DNA from: a virus
Taxonomy: Duplodnaviria; Caudoviricetes
Length of the DNA: 64,000 bases
Direction: 5' to 3' (one strand)
IMG/VR virus record: IMGVR_UViG_3300025751_000015
Span: 1-64,000 of that record
Shown: positions 26,596 through 35,249 of the stretch, piece after piece
How the letters are laid out: each line of letters begins with the position of its first letter
Numbering within the stretch: the first letter of the stretch is position 1
Program-made: the position numbers and the translations under genes
Notes under the pieces: generated by a model
Databases searched by the model: none
Seen by the model: the letters and a program-made list of their open reading frames with translations, nothing else
Told to the model about the DNA's origin: nothing

Positions 26596-27104
26596 GTAGG
26601 CATTTTTTCGAAAGACACAAACAAGGTTATGCAGGTATAAAAAATTCTGTAACCACAACTTGTACACTTCCTTATTGTAACAAACAATCTTCTAAGTACA
26701 AAGGAGCAGGCTCACGTCTTTGTGAACACCATCAAAGTTTACTAAGAGAGTACGGAGGTCCTGCTAGAATGGATCGTCCGTGGACATTTAATAAGAAAAG
26801 GTTTTGCGAAATTTGTGGACATAATCCATGGGAACATCCTAAAGTAAAACTAATAGAAGATGAACTAATTCGTGATCGTGTTGCATGGGGTATGTTATTT
26901 GTAGATCATATTGAAACGCAACGAGACGGTGGTAGCCATTGCGACCAAAATACTCAAACACTTTGTTTGGATTGTAATATGATTAAAAGTACACTTGCAG
27001 GAGATCTAGTTCCTAAAAAACTGTACAAAGACGAAAACGAATATCATAAAGTAATGGAACAATTAAAACCTCATTATAACAAAGTGTTTAACCAAACCAG
27101 TTGA
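26592..27104 (+). CDS. HNH-type endonuclease-like protein with zinc ribbons
   Basis: CTLPYC...CEHH; CEICG ... VDHI....GG.....N.QTLC.DCN..KS. Confidence 0.65.
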   Translation: MSRHFFERHKQGYAGIKNSVTTTCTLPYCNKQSSKYKGAGSRLCEHHQSLLREYGGPARMDRPWTFNKKRFCEICGHNPWEHPKVKLIEDELIRDRVAWGMLFVDHIETQRDGGSHCDQNTQTLCLDCNMIKSTLAGDLVPKKLYKDENEYHKVMEQLKPHYNKVFNQTS

Positions 27105-27129
27105 CCTCTAGATAACTTTCTGTTATAAT
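27101..27129 (+). promoter_or_regulatory. Sigma70 promoter TTGACC-N17-TATAAT with extended TG
   Basis: Direct match upstream of ORF 27161. Confidence 0.65.
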
Positions 27130-27160
27130 AATTACAGTAAATTGCAAATAAGGAGAAAAA

Positions 27161-27736
27161 TTGCAAACTGTAGACTTAGCAATATGGTTACGTAATAACG
27201 TAGATTGGAACAAGTATGTTACACTTGTACATACAATTGGTGACGAACTAAATGAACGTAAATTACGATTTGATAAAAGCGACTTGCTTGAACGCTCACT
27301 AGATCTTTTTAGCGATGGAAATCTAGTGTATGTCAATTTGGAAGGTGTAGATCATATTGGACCCAATGGTATGATGATCGAAATGAAATACACAGAAGGC
27401 TCACTGTTTACACGCAAAACCAAAAAACAAAAGAAATATGTATCAGATCTACAGTTAATGAACAGCCGTGGATCAAGTGCAGGACGATCACTTCCTCCAG
27501 GTTATGCTGACTTTCTTCTTATCTGTGATACGGAAAGTGTGGCACTAATTGCTAAAAATGATCTTATTCCCTTTGTAATTGATGCAGGAGATGGTCTTAA
27601 AACTTCCAAATTGCCATCCAATATGGTACAATATGTATTCGTCCCAGGTGAATATAAACCACTACATCTAGCAGAATCTGTGTCATATAAAGATGCCAAA
27701 ATGAAGATGCAACGTGATTTTTTAGCACAATTTTAG
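27161..27736 (+). CDS. Hypothetical protein, possible PD-(D/E)xK restriction-endonuclease fold (TTG start)
   Basis: AGGAG RBS; candidate catalytic pattern GVDH...IEMK. Confidence 0.45.
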   Translation: MQTVDLAIWLRNNVDWNKYVTLVHTIGDELNERKLRFDKSDLLERSLDLFSDGNLVYVNLEGVDHIGPNGMMIEMKYTEGSLFTRKTKKQKKYVSDLQLMNSRGSSAGRSLPPGYADFLLICDTESVALIAKNDLIPFVIDAGDGLKTSKLPSNMVQYVFVPGEYKPLHLAESVSYKDAKMKMQRDFLAQF

Positions 27737-27764
27737 TTGACAAATACCTGTTTGATGCTATAAT
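27737..27764 (+). promoter_or_regulatory. Sigma70 promoter TTGACA-N16-TATAAT with extended TG
   Basis: Direct match; leader resembles that of the MoxR gene. Confidence 0.75.
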
Positions 27765-27795
27765 TATATTATAGTTAGAAAGTTAGGAGCAAACA

Positions 27796-29088
27796 ATGTC
27801 AAAAAATACAACCGCAGTAGAACAAAGCATGATAGAGGGTAAAATCTATGAACGTAACCCTAATATCAACGGTGCTAAAATTAAAGAAAAATTAACAACC
27901 GCACGTATTGCTCTGCTTATTCGTCAACCATTCTTTGGTAACTTGGCCACACGTCTTAAACTTGTAGATGCAACAGACTGGTGTTCAACCGCCGCAACCG
28001 ACGGTCGTAACTTCTACTATAACGAAAACTTTATAAACGAACTTAATCAAAAACAAACAGAATTCTTGTTTGGTCACGAAATTCTACACTGTGTATATGA
28101 TCACTTTACACGTCGTGATGATCGAGATCCTAACATTTATAATATTGCCGCTGACTATTGTGTGAACGGTGATTTAGTGCGTCATAACATTGGCGAAGTT
28201 ATTACACAGGTTAAACCCTTCCATGATCCAAAATATTATGGTTGGGCATCTGAGGCTGTGTATGATGACATCTACAAAAAGTATGACGAAGAACAACTTG
28301 AACAATTAGGAAAACTACTCGATGAGCATATTGACTGGGAAAAAGGAAAAGGACAAGGACCTGCAGGAGAAACTAAGAAAGACGGAAAAGGAAAAAAAGA
28401 TTCCCGTCCTTCTTATTCCAAAGAAGAACTTAAAAAGATCCGAGACGAAATGAAAGAGGCTATGGTATCTGCGGCACAGGCGGCTGGCGTGGGTAACGTT
28501 CCTAAGGGTGTAGCACGTATTATTAAAGATCTTACAGATCCAAAAATGAACTGGCGTGAACTACTTAATCAGCAGATTCAAAGCACACTAAAAAGTAACT
28601 ATAGTTTTATGCGTCCATCACGTAAGGGTTGGCATACAGGTGCTGTTCTTCCAGGTATGGAATTTGATCAAACAATTGATATTGCTATTGCACTTGATAT
28701 GTCTGGCTCAATTGGTAGCAGAGAAGCACGTGACTTCTTAAGTGAAGTTAAAGGCATTTGCGATCAGTATGATGATTATAAAATTAAAATTTGGTGCTTT
28801 GATACTGAAGTTTATAATGAGAAAGACTTTACTCCAGATAGTGGCGAATCTATCCAAGACTACGAACTTGCTGGCGGTGGTGGTACTGACTTTGATGCAA
28901 ATTGGAAGTATATGAAGGACAATGACATTCAACCCAAAAAGTTTATTGTATTCACAGATGGCTATTCATGGAATTGGGGTGACGAAAACTACTGTGATAC
29001 TATTTGGGTTATTCATTCTGATAAGTCAATTGAAGCACCACACGGTATTACTTGCCATTATGATCTAGCAAAAGAAGAAGCGGCATGA
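27796..29088 (+). CDS. HExxH metallopeptidase-like domain plus VWA domain (MoxR partner)
   Basis: TAATDG, GHEILH (HExxH), MIDAS DMSGS, GGGTDF and FTDG. Confidence 0.85.
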   Translation: MSKNTTAVEQSMIEGKIYERNPNINGAKIKEKLTTARIALLIRQPFFGNLATRLKLVDATDWCSTAATDGRNFYYNENFINELNQKQTEFLFGHEILHCVYDHFTRRDDRDPNIYNIAADYCVNGDLVRHNIGEVITQVKPFHDPKYYGWASEAVYDDIYKKYDEEQLEQLGKLLDEHIDWEKGKGQGPAGETKKDGKGKKDSRPSYSKEELKKIRDEMKEAMVSAAQAAGVGNVPKGVARIIKDLTDPKMNWRELLNQQIQSTLKSNYSFMRPSRKGWHTGAVLPGMEFDQTIDIAIALDMSGSIGSREARDFLSEVKGICDQYDDYKIKIWCFDTEVYNEKDFTPDSGESIQDYELAGGGGTDFDANWKYMKDNDIQPKKFIVFTDGYSWNWGDENYCDTIWVIHSDKSIEAPHGITCHYDLAKEEAA

Positions 29089-29393
29089 GACTACTTGTCG
29101 ATGATCCAAATCCATTAAATGTTTTAAACATTAGAGAATTAAACTTTTGTCCAAAAAATTGGACAAAAATAAAACTAGGAAGTTCTGGTTGGAATTTTAA
29201 AAATGAAGTAGAACTAATTAGAAAATGGATTTATAATAACTTACACGGAAGGTTTTGTATTATACAAGATCTTGATATTATTAATAATAAAATGGAATCT
29301 GTTATCCAAATTGGTTTTGAAGAAGGTTCAGAATCAACGATGTTTAGTTTAGCGTGTTCACATTTGCATGACCGTGATATCAACATCATATAA
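29085..29393 (+). CDS. Hypothetical protein
   Basis: ATGA coupling; 102 aa. Confidence 0.65.
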   Translation: MRLLVDDPNPLNVLNIRELNFCPKNWTKIKLGSSGWNFKNEVELIRKWIYNNLHGRFCIIQDLDIINNKMESVIQIGFEEGSESTMFSLACSHLHDRDINII

Positions 29394-29440
29394 TTACTAG
29401 TGTTATAACAAACAAACTTTAAATAAGGAGTTAACTCAAA

Positions 29441-29746
29441 ATGACAGAAGAAACAAAAACTCAGGCGCCAGCAACAGAGGCCCCTCAGTCAGAAGCACCA
29501 AAGCCGGGTGCTCCGGATCTTACAGTTCAAGATCTTCAGGCATTAAAAGCAATCATTGACGTTGCAAGTCAACGTGGTGCGTACAAGCCAAACGAAATGG
29601 AAGTAGTTGGCCGCACTTACAATAGATTGAACGCTTTCTTAGAAGCAATTACGCCTAAGAAACCAGCAGAAGGAGAAGCGACGGCTACTGATTCTGCTAA
29701 AACAACAGAAGCACCTGCACAACCTGCAGAGGCTCCAAAGGAGTAA
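29441..29746 (+). CDS. Hypothetical protein with Pro/Ala-rich disordered ends
   Basis: AAGGAG RBS; 101 aa. Confidence 0.7.
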   Translation: MTEETKTQAPATEAPQSEAPKPGAPDLTVQDLQALKAIIDVASQRGAYKPNEMEVVGRTYNRLNAFLEAITPKKPAEGEATATDSAKTTEAPAQPAEAPKE

Positions 29747-29749
29747 ATT

Positions 29750-30343
29750 ATGGCAGTTAAACATGTAGCAGTGGTAGGAAATAATGCAACTAAGGTATTA
29801 GTCGCTTATAGAACTTTACCAGGTGATCCTAATAGTGCTTTGGTAATTCCTACAGCGTCTTTAAAACAAACATATCACGATGAACTTGATTCATTGGTTA
29901 TGTCAGAACAATCACAGCAATCATATGAGTTTGCAAACATTTTAGCAGTACGTAAGTTTTCAGACGGAAGAACTATGTTATCGGCTCTTCATGCAGGAGG
30001 CAACCTACAAAAAGTTCCAACATCAGAAGTTACTATGCAACCTAGTACAAAGAAAGCAACTTGGATTAAGTTAAACGAACTTAACAAGATTATTGCTGAA
30101 CAAAAAGGTGTAGGTATTGATGAACTTGCTCTTACAGCAAATGGTGAGCCGGGCAAAACAGAAGCAGTCGTAGAAACTATTGCAACTGTAAAAGACCAAG
30201 GGATTCTTAGCGATGAGGATCTTGCAAAAAAATATAGAGCAGATGCAGATGTGTTGTATAAAGAAGTACAAGAACTTCGCAGAAAAGCGGACGAACTATC
30301 TTCTAAAACAACTGCAAAAAAACCTGCAAAAACTAATGCATAA
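29750..30343 (+). CDS. Hypothetical protein
   Basis: AAGGAG RBS; 197 aa. Confidence 0.7.
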   Translation: MAVKHVAVVGNNATKVLVAYRTLPGDPNSALVIPTASLKQTYHDELDSLVMSEQSQQSYEFANILAVRKFSDGRTMLSALHAGGNLQKVPTSEVTMQPSTKKATWIKLNELNKIIAEQKGVGIDELALTANGEPGKTEAVVETIATVKDQGILSDEDLAKKYRADADVLYKEVQELRRKADELSSKTTAKKPAKTNA

Positions 30344-30723
30344 TGTCCAAGTCGCAGGGCAGAATCATCTTACAAGGTGATCCAACACTTAATCCTGAAT
30401 GGGAAGGCGTAATCGAAGACATCAAGATCGAAAGTCTTCCCATTCACTACGTTTCCGAATTAAAACTTAATTTAAAAAATAAACAAAAAGTAATCATTGA
30501 TGTTAAATCAATTGTTGCACAAAGTCCCACTTCAGATCAGGCCGCACAAAGGGTTAACAACATAATTCGAGAGCATTCTAACATACTTGACAATATCGAT
30601 TTTAAAGTTAACATGAGTGGTTTACAAAATCAAGTTACACAAGCAAGAAATGCATTTACAAAAAAAGTAAACAGAAACTTTAAAAAATCAAATGCAGAAA
30701 GGAAGAAAAAAGATAGTGACTGA
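30343..30723 (+). CDS. Hypothetical protein
   Basis: TAATG coupling; 126 aa. Confidence 0.65.
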   Translation: MSKSQGRIILQGDPTLNPEWEGVIEDIKIESLPIHYVSELKLNLKNKQKVIIDVKSIVAQSPTSDQAAQRVNNIIREHSNILDNIDFKVNMSGLQNQVTQARNAFTKKVNRNFKKSNAERKKKDSD

Positions 30724-31348
30724 AATTAATTTTAATGTCATCGAGCAAACTGCCATTCTGCATGTAAAACAAGCATTCACTACAGAAGAATGTAAAGCAG
30801 TTTCTGATGCTGTAATGACTTACAAGAATAAATCACCAAGTTTTGACCCTAATGCAAACCTAGGTTGTTGGAGAGGTTGGCCACACGTTAAAGGCGGTTT
30901 CACAGAAGAAATAAACAGCATGATTATTGATCGATGCAGTGAAGCAATTAACGAATATATGTCAAACCTTGCAAAGCCTACTAACACATTCGGTGAATCA
31001 ACAGAATACCTAGATAAATCCAGATATGTTTTTGATGCTTGGTTTAATGTAAACAGAAAAGGTGCAGAAAATAGAGAACATTCACATAGCGGTTTTTTAG
31101 CAAGCGGTGTTGCATATTTTCAAGCAACGGATACAGGTCCTATTGAGTTTTTACCTTTGAATGCACTCTATAAAATGACCAATCCTGCATGGCCATATCA
31201 TGGTATGGCAAACTACGAACCCAGTGACGGAGATATCTTAATTTTCCCAAGTTATCTATTACACAAGGTACACCCTAATCCAAACGAAAAAGAAAGAATT
31301 AATATGGCATTTAATGTCAACTATCGAAGGAAAGATATACAACAATGA
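30692..31348 (+). CDS. Putative Fe(II)/2OG oxygenase (TIGR02466-like); true start possibly GTG 30716
   Basis: WFNVN....N.EHSH....SGVAYF, GDILIFPSYLLHKV and R.NMAFN. Confidence 0.75.
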   Translation: MQKGRKKIVTEINFNVIEQTAILHVKQAFTTEECKAVSDAVMTYKNKSPSFDPNANLGCWRGWPHVKGGFTEEINSMIIDRCSEAINEYMSNLAKPTNTFGESTEYLDKSRYVFDAWFNVNRKGAENREHSHSGFLASGVAYFQATDTGPIEFLPLNALYKMTNPAWPYHGMANYEPSDGDILIFPSYLLHKVHPNPNEKERINMAFNVNYRRKDIQQ

Positions 31349-32031
31349 CACAAGTAAAACTAATTTCATATTCACAAGCGACAGAAGATCTTACTGCACA
31401 ACATCTTACAAATGTACAAGATTTGATTGCATTTTGTGCAAGGGTTAGTAATCCAAGCAATCAGATGAATAAAGAAACTAGTGAAAAATTAATCAAGTAT
31501 TTGATTAAACATGCACACTGGTCACCACTTGAAATGGTTAGTGCCTGCTTGGAAATTAATACCACACGTGATATTGCACATCAGATAGTTCGTCATCGTT
31601 CATTCTCTTTCCAGGAATTTAGTCAACGCTATGCTGATCCAAAGGAGTTTGGAGAACAGTTTACATATCGCGAAACACGCCTGCAGGACGAAAAGAATAG
31701 ACAGAACTCAATCGAAATTAATGCACTGGAACACGGTGACATTGATATTAAATGGCACGACTATCAGCGTGAAGTAATTGCAAAAGCCAAGGAAGCATAT
31801 GAATGGGCAATTGAAAATGGTATTGCCAAAGAACAGGCTCGTGCTGTACTACCGGAAGGATTAACAAAGACTCGTTTGTACATGAACGGTACACTGCGTA
31901 GTTGGATTCATTATATTGAACTGCGTGGTGCTAATGGTACACAAAAAGAACACATGGAAATTGCACATGCCTGTGCAAAAGTAATTGCAAGAATTTTTCC
32001 TTTAGCAGAGGATCTTGTACGTGAAAACTAA
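31345..32031 (+). CDS. thyX: Flavin-dependent thymidylate synthase
   Basis: HWSPLE, RHRSFSFQEFSQRY signature, AR.VLP and Q.EH. Confidence 0.95.
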   Translation: MTQVKLISYSQATEDLTAQHLTNVQDLIAFCARVSNPSNQMNKETSEKLIKYLIKHAHWSPLEMVSACLEINTTRDIAHQIVRHRSFSFQEFSQRYADPKEFGEQFTYRETRLQDEKNRQNSIEINALEHGDIDIKWHDYQREVIAKAKEAYEWAIENGIAKEQARAVLPEGLTKTRLYMNGTLRSWIHYIELRGANGTQKEHMEIAHACAKVIARIFPLAEDLVREN

Positions 32032-32443
32032 ATTTATCGAAGCATACATGGACGTTGCGAAACGTTTCTCACAATTATCGTATGCCCAAAGACTTAAGGT
32101 GGGTGCGATTATTGTTAAAGATGATCGCATAGTTGCCTATGGTTATAATGGTATGCCTAGCGGATGGGATAATAATTGTGAAGAAGAAAATAAAACAAGA
32201 CCAGAAGTATTACACGCTGAATCAAATGCTATTGCTAAATTGGCCCGTAGCAACGATAGCGGTTTGGATGCTGATATTTTTATTACTCATAGTCCTTGTA
32301 TAGAGTGTGCCAAACTGATTTACCAAAGTGGAATTAAACGTGTCTATTTTGGAGAAAACTATCGTAACACAGACGGATTAGACTTCTTAACAGCGTCTAA
32401 AATTAACGTTATACAAGTTGATACATCAAGTACTAGCGAATAG
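32021..32443 (+). CDS. dCMP deaminase
   Basis: GYNG.P.G, HAESNAI and SPCIECAK zinc motifs; GTG start preferred (track start 32015). Confidence 0.92.
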   Translation: MKTKFIEAYMDVAKRFSQLSYAQRLKVGAIIVKDDRIVAYGYNGMPSGWDNNCEEENKTRPEVLHAESNAIAKLARSNDSGLDADIFITHSPCIECAKLIYQSGIKRVYFGENYRNTDGLDFLTASKINVIQVDTSSTSE

Positions 32444-32500
32444 CACAAACACCGCTGTATGACGCTTAAAATGCGTTTAAGACGCCTTTATATGCGTAGT

Positions 32501-34249
32501 TTACACTACTACTTCTACTAGTTTTACACCCGGATTAGGATCGTTTTGGATTGCTTTTCCAATTACACAAATTGAATTTGGCATAGCACTATCTTTGGCT
32601 ATTGCTGTGGCTACACCTGCTTTAGGACTTGTTACAATTAAATCACCTTTTTGGACAGGACCTTCTACCTTGCAAGGAACTCTACCTCTTAGTGCTACCG
32701 CAACACCTTCTGCCGTACTGTTCATTAAGTGTGCCGGATCTGTTGATACAACTCCTGCTACTCTATGATCACAGAACATAGTTGTTGTGGTTACTTCTGC
32801 TTCTCCACCAAATATTAAAACTGTACCAGGTTCATAATCCTGATCGCTGGCATACATCTCTGCCAAGTCAGCAAATTGAGCCGCTGTTGCTGTACCTAAA
32901 AACTTACGTGCTGTAAGATCTTTGTTTGAATCTCTTTGTGCAATACTTCCTGAAACTGCACCAGTTGATGCTGTTGCTCCATTTAATGCTTGAGAATTTG
33001 TAGCAGTACCGTTTACAATGTTAACGTTAATGTTACCGCTTCCGTCTCTTGCAACAATAGAATTGTTAACCAATAAAGTATTTGCTTCTCTTGCTGTACC
33101 AGCATCAACAACAAGTTTGTTTGCGATATCCGATGTACCTTGTACTGTTGCGTTTAGTGTACCATTTACTGTAACGTTATTAAATGTGCTTGTTCCAGAA
33201 GATGCTGTAACATTACCTGTTAAGTTTCCTGTGACATTACCTGTTAAGTTTCCTGTGACATTACCTACAACGTCACCTGATAAAAATCCTGTACTATCAA
33301 CAGCAACACTGTAAGCATTAATAGATTGCCATTTTTGTGAAACTGTACCAATCTGACCAACGCCATCTGTTGTTGGAATAAATGTATTATTTTCAAATTT
33401 CGCAACCGGAACCGCACCTGTACCAGTGTTAACTTGGAAGTTAATTTTGTTACCTACCTGGTTTGTAATGTTTGCTTGATCACCACCTGTGATGTGTAAC
33501 TTTAAATCTTGTCCGTTTCCTACTGTAAGTCCTTCGTCATTTAAGAACTTAACTAGATCAGCAAAACTTTGTAATCCACTATTAAGAACATATTGTGCCG
33601 CAGGAATTCCACCAAGGTTATCTGTGTTTACCGCAGTACCGTGATATCGAATACCAGGAACAGTAACTTCGTCTGCTAAATTAAATCCTTTTTTGATTTG
33701 ACTAAATCCTGCAATAGGATTTTTAGTGCTATCTAAAATAAATTCATCCTTAGCAGTAATACCCATTACTGAGTCATTTACTGTGTATGTAAGGATAGTT
33801 CTATCGTTAGCAGTAATATCTTTTACAACCCTCGAAGTAACCTGCGAAACACCTTCACCGCCTGTACTAACAGGCCCAATTAGAATAAAATCTTCACCAT
33901 TGTAAACGTATAACTGTTCACCGTCTGTTTCCCACCATAAGTCACCTCTCGCTAAACCCACTGGTTGGTTAGGACCAATTTCTGCACCGCCTGCAATTCT
34001 AAATCTGTTACCATCATAAAACTTAATAACACGGTTAGCACTATCATACCAAACTTGACCTGCTAATGGGTTAGGTGGTTGGTTTGCACCAGCAAAACTT
34101 TCTAGAAGATGTACAAAATTTTCATTGATGATTTCACCAAAACCTGCATAGTTTTTACCTACAAGTTTAATGTCCGTGGTGTTATCAACAGTACCATCTT
34201 GCACTACTGCTATTTGTGTTCCGTTGTATGTATTAATAATATATGGCAT
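32501..34249 (-). CDS. Tail fibre / baseplate-associated protein (paralog 4) with C-terminal chaperone-like domain
   Basis: Shared N-terminal module (G..Y.G.GE..NENF..LLE.FA...P.NPL.GQ.WYD); C-terminal ADLAE.Y...GVVS...VAL.GRVP.KV.G...GD motif. Confidence 0.7.
   Translation of the reverse strand: MPYIINTYNGTQIAVVQDGTVDNTTDIKLVGKNYAGFGEIINENFVHLLESFAGANQPPNPLAGQVWYDSANRVIKFYDGNRFRIAGGAEIGPNQPVGLARGDLWWETDGEQLYVYNGEDFILIGPVSTGGEGVSQVTSRVVKDITANDRTILTYTVNDSVMGITAKDEFILDSTKNPIAGFSQIKKGFNLADEVTVPGIRYHGTAVNTDNLGGIPAAQYVLNSGLQSFADLVKFLNDEGLTVGNGQDLKLHITGGDQANITNQVGNKINFQVNTGTGAVPVAKFENNTFIPTTDGVGQIGTVSQKWQSINAYSVAVDSTGFLSGDVVGNVTGNLTGNVTGNLTGNVTASSGTSTFNNVTVNGTLNATVQGTSDIANKLVVDAGTAREANTLLVNNSIVARDGSGNINVNIVNGTATNSQALNGATASTGAVSGSIAQRDSNKDLTARKFLGTATAAQFADLAEMYASDQDYEPGTVLIFGGEAEVTTTTMFCDHRVAGVVSTDPAHLMNSTAEGVAVALRGRVPCKVEGPVQKGDLIVTSPKAGVATAIAKDSAMPNSICVIGKAIQNDPNPGVKLVEVVV
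33210..33266. repeat. 24-nt tandem repeat (about 2.4 copies) encoding GNVTGNLT
   Basis: ACATTACCTGTTAAGTTTCCTGTG twice exactly, plus a partial third copy. Confidence 0.85.
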
Positions 34250-34268
34250 TTTCTTCCTCTACTAGCAG

Positions 34269-34275
34269 TATTTAC
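34269..34275 (-). promoter_or_regulatory. Candidate late promoter GTAAATA
   Basis: Intergenic, about 20 nt upstream of the 34249 start. Confidence 0.45.
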
Positions 34276-34276
34276 C

Positions 34277-34756
34277 TTATGCTTGGCCCATACGTTTCTT
34301 GCGATCAATTTCGCTTGTTGCTTTGTCTGCAAAGAAATACGCATCGGTATTGTTTTTGTATTCTGTTTTACGTGCTTTGTTTCTTTCACGAAGATCTTTA
34401 ATATATGACATCATTTCCTGAAACTCAGGTGTGTTAGGAATATCACTTTTTTCTAACATATCAATTATAATATTAAGTTGTCTATGAACAGGATAAGCAT
34501 TTTGAATTTTATCAGAAACACCAGCATTTAGCATTTCTTCATCAATGAACGCTTTACCGGAATCAACTTCCGTAATTTTTTTAACAGAACCTTCTGCATA
34601 CGTTCCAATATATATTTCTTTATCAGGATCATATGATACTGTTTTAATTTTTACTTCATCTGGGTCTAAGCCAAAAGTGTTCATGCCTTTAGGTAAATGT
34701 CCTAATAGCGTACCATTCTTAGCATTAAACATTAGTTTAAATTTTTCTGTTGCCAT
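34277..34756 (-). CDS. Hypothetical protein in the fibre operon (possible fibre chaperone)
   Basis: 159 aa; the tail I...YP.H.QLN is reminiscent of fibre-assembly-type proteins. Confidence 0.6.
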   Translation of the reverse strand: MATEKFKLMFNAKNGTLLGHLPKGMNTFGLDPDEVKIKTVSYDPDKEIYIGTYAEGSVKKITEVDSGKAFIDEEMLNAGVSDKIQNAYPVHRQLNIIIDMLEKSDIPNTPEFQEMMSYIKDLRERNKARKTEYKNNTDAYFFADKATSEIDRKKRMGQA

Positions 34757-34760
34757 ATTC

Positions 34761-35249
34761 CTATTCCCATATTAGGCAAAGACTATATTTTGTCTCTTCG
34801 CCATCTTCTATTTTCGTTACTTCATGCCAAGTATCAATCGGCATTTCAAACATTGCACCTTTCTTCTCTTGGACCAAATGCTCAACATCATCTTTGTCCC
34901 AATATTTAAAGTGTGGCTTGCCTTCTGTTAGGTAAACCAACTTAAATTTCCAATACCCGCCAGCACTATCTTGGTGCCTTACTAACCAGTCTCCTGGCTT
35001 GTATTTGTTTACAACAATCTGTGAACACCATTTACGTTCCTCAGGTATTGTCTTCCAAACAGTTTCAACAAGTTCACTGTCCATATCTTTTTCATACAAA
35101 CTGCTAAAATGGCTTTCACCATAAGCAGTAGAATGTTTATCAGTTCCGCCTATGCCTCTGTTTGTGAACTTTCCTTGTATTTCGTGTTCCTTTACCAGTT
35201 GCATAATTTCATCTACATTTGTAATAAAGTTTTCTTTAACTTCATACAT
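34761..35249 (-). CDS. Fe(II)/2OG oxygenase (P4H/AlkB-like DSBH)
   Basis: VNKYKPGDWLVRHQDS (HxD), WHEV (distal His) and K.SL. Confidence 0.7.
   Translation of the reverse strand: MYEVKENFITNVDEIMQLVKEHEIQGKFTNRGIGGTDKHSTAYGESHFSSLYEKDMDSELVETVWKTIPEERKWCSQIVVNKYKPGDWLVRHQDSAGGYWKFKLVYLTEGKPHFKYWDKDDVEHLVQEKKGAMFEMPIDTWHEVTKIEDGEETKYSLCLIWE

Noticed and set aside
32444-32500. Bidirectional terminator at the convergent junction
   Set aside because: Only a weak AT-rich CTTAAA/TTTAAG stem (32465-32481); too weak to call.
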